Positions 33,858-35,848 of a DNA stretch of 35,848 nucleotides are shown here, piece after piece. Under the pieces are notes generated by a model. It searched no databases, was not told the origin of the DNA, and saw only the letters and a list, made by a program, of their open reading frames with translations. The stretch comes from a virus (lineage: Duplodnaviria; Caudoviricetes). Each line of letters starts with the position of its first letter. Position 1 is the first letter of the stretch. The translations under genes were made by a program, and so were the position numbers. Location: positions 1 through 35,848 of the IMG/VR virus record IMGVR_UViG_3300046832_000060; one strand, written 5' to 3'.

Positions 33858-34581
33858 TTGATTGTCCTTTCACTGTGTTGATGCGTGTGGCTTGTTTGCC
33901 TATGTATTGCATCTTAACTGTTATGGGTAAGCGATTTAGTGTTGGCTGATTAGCGTCTACTAATGCTTTAAGTTTCGATATCTTATCCTCTGGGTTTAAG
34001 CTAGAATTAACTAGCTGTTCAGACATTTGATCGAATTTTGCTTGCCATGTCAATACATCCGATACCTCTATTGGGTCTTTATTAGGAATATAGAAGGTAT
34101 ATTCCTTAGTTTGTGGCTTTTTTACAACACTGCCAGCTCTTTCTGTAGCTAGATTACCATCATCATCCTCTGGCGCAATACCACAGGCCGCCATTAAACT
34201 ACCTCTACGACAGTAAGTAAGCGATGCCATAACGCCATGCGGATCTATCTTAGATGCTGGTATGTGTAAGATGCCACCACTTAAAGTCTCACCTGACTCA
34301 TGGATAAATACAGTTTCTACCTTGACACCATCATCACAATCATGTGTCTTTTGTATAAGACCAATGCCATTGTTATGTAATGCATCAATCACAGCCTCAA
34401 TACAGCCTTCTAAGTTTACATACTTACTTCTAAAGTGTGGATTGGTAGCTGTCTTAATTGCTGGAGCGAACTCCTTTTGTGCTTTAATAAATGCTGCTGA
34501 TATAGTTTTCATACTTTTCTCCTGTTGTTGTAATTCATTCATAACTTCTGTTTCAAAACGATCTTGGTCATTATCTACCAT
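33844..34581 (-). CDS. erf: ERF-family single-strand annealing protein
   Basis: NPHFRSKY, IHESGE and SLTYCRR...GIAPEDDDGN motifs. Confidence 0.9.
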   Translation of the reverse strand: MVDNDQDRFETEVMNELQQQEKSMKTISAAFIKAQKEFAPAIKTATNPHFRSKYVNLEGCIEAVIDALHNNGIGLIQKTHDCDDGVKVETVFIHESGETLSGGILHIPASKIDPHGVMASLTYCRRGSLMAACGIAPEDDDGNLATERAGSVVKKPQTKEYTFYIPNKDPIEVSDVLTWQAKFDQMSEQLVNSSLNPEDKISKLKALVDANQPTLNRLPITVKMQYIGKQATRINTVKGQSNETN

Positions 34582-34745
34582 GCTGCTCTCCTACCATCAA
34601 TCTTGTACATGTCCATGGCTCGGTTAAGTACCATAGCATCTCTGCTATACCTAGCACCTGACTGATCGTGATCGTGGCATCTTTTAGCGTGTAACTTAAT
34701 ACGCCATTTCTTACGGATCTGAAAATGAGTTAATCTTTTAATCAT
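34575..34745 (-). CDS. Small basic hypothetical protein, 56 aa
   Basis: Translated by hand: MIKRLTHFQIRKKWRIK...; overlaps both neighbours; AAGGA RBS. Not in the track. Confidence 0.65.
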   Translation of the reverse strand: MIKRLTHFQIRKKWRIKLHAKRCHDHDQSGARYSRDAMVLNRAMDMYKIDGRRAAW

Positions 34746-35692
34746 ATACGATCCTTGATTGAAAGTTTAGACTGACGAATGACGTACGCTTCTTTAGCTG
34801 GCACAGTTTTTGCTGGCTGTGCTTTGTAAGAACGCATAGGCCATGAGATTTTGTAACGACCCGCATTACATACTTCGTGATCCCTCATATGCTCCATGAT
34901 GTTGATTTGCAAGCGATCAATCTGTGCTTCTAACTCCGCGATTTGCTCACGAATTGTGATGATCTTCTCAGCTTGGATCTCAACTTCTGGTAACTCAATC
35001 GTACTCTTTTCAGCACGATCAAACACACGACTGGCTTCAAAAGAGTTTTGTAAGTCATACCATTCAATCTCTTGATTAGTTTTATACTTATTCAAACGCT
35101 CTTGAAAGTCCTCGACAGCATTGTGAATCATGTTGATGTGATCTTCATTAATGGGATATAAAAAGATGCGTAATGTTGTACCCTTGTATAACACACAAAG
35201 AGCGCCCCATGATGCTTTCATAATATCCATTTGACCTTGAAGCTGGATCACACCACGATATGGCGCTGGCTCATTCTCGACTTCTTGAGCAGTAAGCTTG
35301 GCTTCTAAAATACCATAACCATCAAGCTTAATTGAATCATGCCCCATGACATAAATACCTTTGTCAATGTCAGTGTAGATTGTTGTGCCATTGCCAGACG
35401 CTGTGCCATCAAGGCTTGTAGCCAATGGTATGTCAGGATGAAAGTATGGTTTATCATGGGCTAGATCATCAATATCAACGCCAAGCCTTTTACAGCTTTC
35501 GGATAATATTAACTTCTCTGTAAGGTTTCCCCATAACATAGGCTCTTGCTCTGTAAACTCATTAGCCTCTCCGTTAAGTGCATTAATTGAATACTTCAAT
35601 TCATCATTAGGCGTTCGAAACTTACTGAAACCTAATAATGCTGGAAGCCTTGAGCATGACATCATGTCATCGGGCGTGACTTTTCCTACCAT
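34742..35692 (-). CDS. YqaJ-like viral recombination exonuclease
   Basis: LLGFSKFRTP, MLWGNLTE, ATSLDG, ILEAK and QLQGQM motifs; adjacent to ERF. Confidence 0.88.
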   Translation of the reverse strand: MVGKVTPDDMMSCSRLPALLGFSKFRTPNDELKYSINALNGEANEFTEQEPMLWGNLTEKLILSESCKRLGVDIDDLAHDKPYFHPDIPLATSLDGTASGNGTTIYTDIDKGIYVMGHDSIKLDGYGILEAKLTAQEVENEPAPYRGVIQLQGQMDIMKASWGALCVLYKGTTLRIFLYPINEDHINMIHNAVEDFQERLNKYKTNQEIEWYDLQNSFEASRVFDRAEKSTIELPEVEIQAEKIITIREQIAELEAQIDRLQINIMEHMRDHEVCNAGRYKISWPMRSYKAQPAKTVPAKEAYVIRQSKLSIKDRI

Positions 35693-35848
35693 TTTATGTT
35701 TTCCTTGTCTTTGATATTGTTGAGATAATAAGATACGTTAGGCGCTGTCCACGTGCTTCCTGAGTACGTTTTAACGCCTAGTTCATTGAGCTTCTTTGCG
35801 ATGTTGCGACATGATGCTCGGCCACAATTTTCCATGGCCAAGTCAAAC
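35686..35848 (-). CDS. C-terminal end of the serine recombinase, duplicated by the terminal overlap
   Basis: ...VSYYLNNIKDKENIKW-TAG; the stop overlaps the YqaJ start region. Confidence 0.85.
   Translation of the reverse strand, partial: FDLAMENCGRASCRNIAKKLNELGVKTYSGSTWTAPNVSYYLNNIKDKENIKW
35694..35848. repeat. Terminal direct repeat, right copy
   Basis: Matches 1-155 with one mismatch. Confidence 0.95.

Noticed and set aside
33500-33860. Host pqq operon fragment or contamination
   Set aside because: No pqqB-E present; both flanks are phage genes and one overlaps pqqA.
3406-34627. Many short antisense or nested ORFs in the track (e.g. 4788-5111, 10744-11127, 14343-14702, 22733-23149, 34262-34627)
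   Set aside because: Shadows of well-supported genes in tightly coupled operons; no recognisable motifs.

Overview
The window looks like a complete, circularly assembled ~35.7-kb AT-rich tailed-phage genome with podovirus-type morphogenesis genes. A 155-bp overlap joins the ends (1-155 = 35694-35848, one synonymous mismatch). The + strand carries an HTH protein, RusA, SSB-like protein, TerS/TerL, portal, scaffold, capsid, tail tubular A/B, ejection proteins, tail-fibre modules with a freestanding GIY-YIG gene, an exported Cys-rich membrane module, holin, lysozyme and a metallophosphoesterase. The - strand early arm crosses the join and carries a serine recombinase (absent from the ORF track), YqaJ exonuclease, ERF, SleB-type hydrolase, glycosyltransferase and a PD-(D/E)XK-like nuclease. 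I recognise no polymerase, primase or helicase. The best find is a 72-nt ORF below the track's size cutoff (33611-33682, +) encoding the PQQ precursor peptide PqqA (MWTTPAATEMRFGFEVTMYVMNK), inserted antisense in the early arm. It points to a Methylophilaceae host and phage support of PQQ-dependent methanol oxidation. Second is a ~250-nt structured, apparently non-coding RNA (about 3060-3311, -) under a near-consensus sigma70 promoter beside the putative replication gene. All family calls are by-eye motif recognition; no searches were run.
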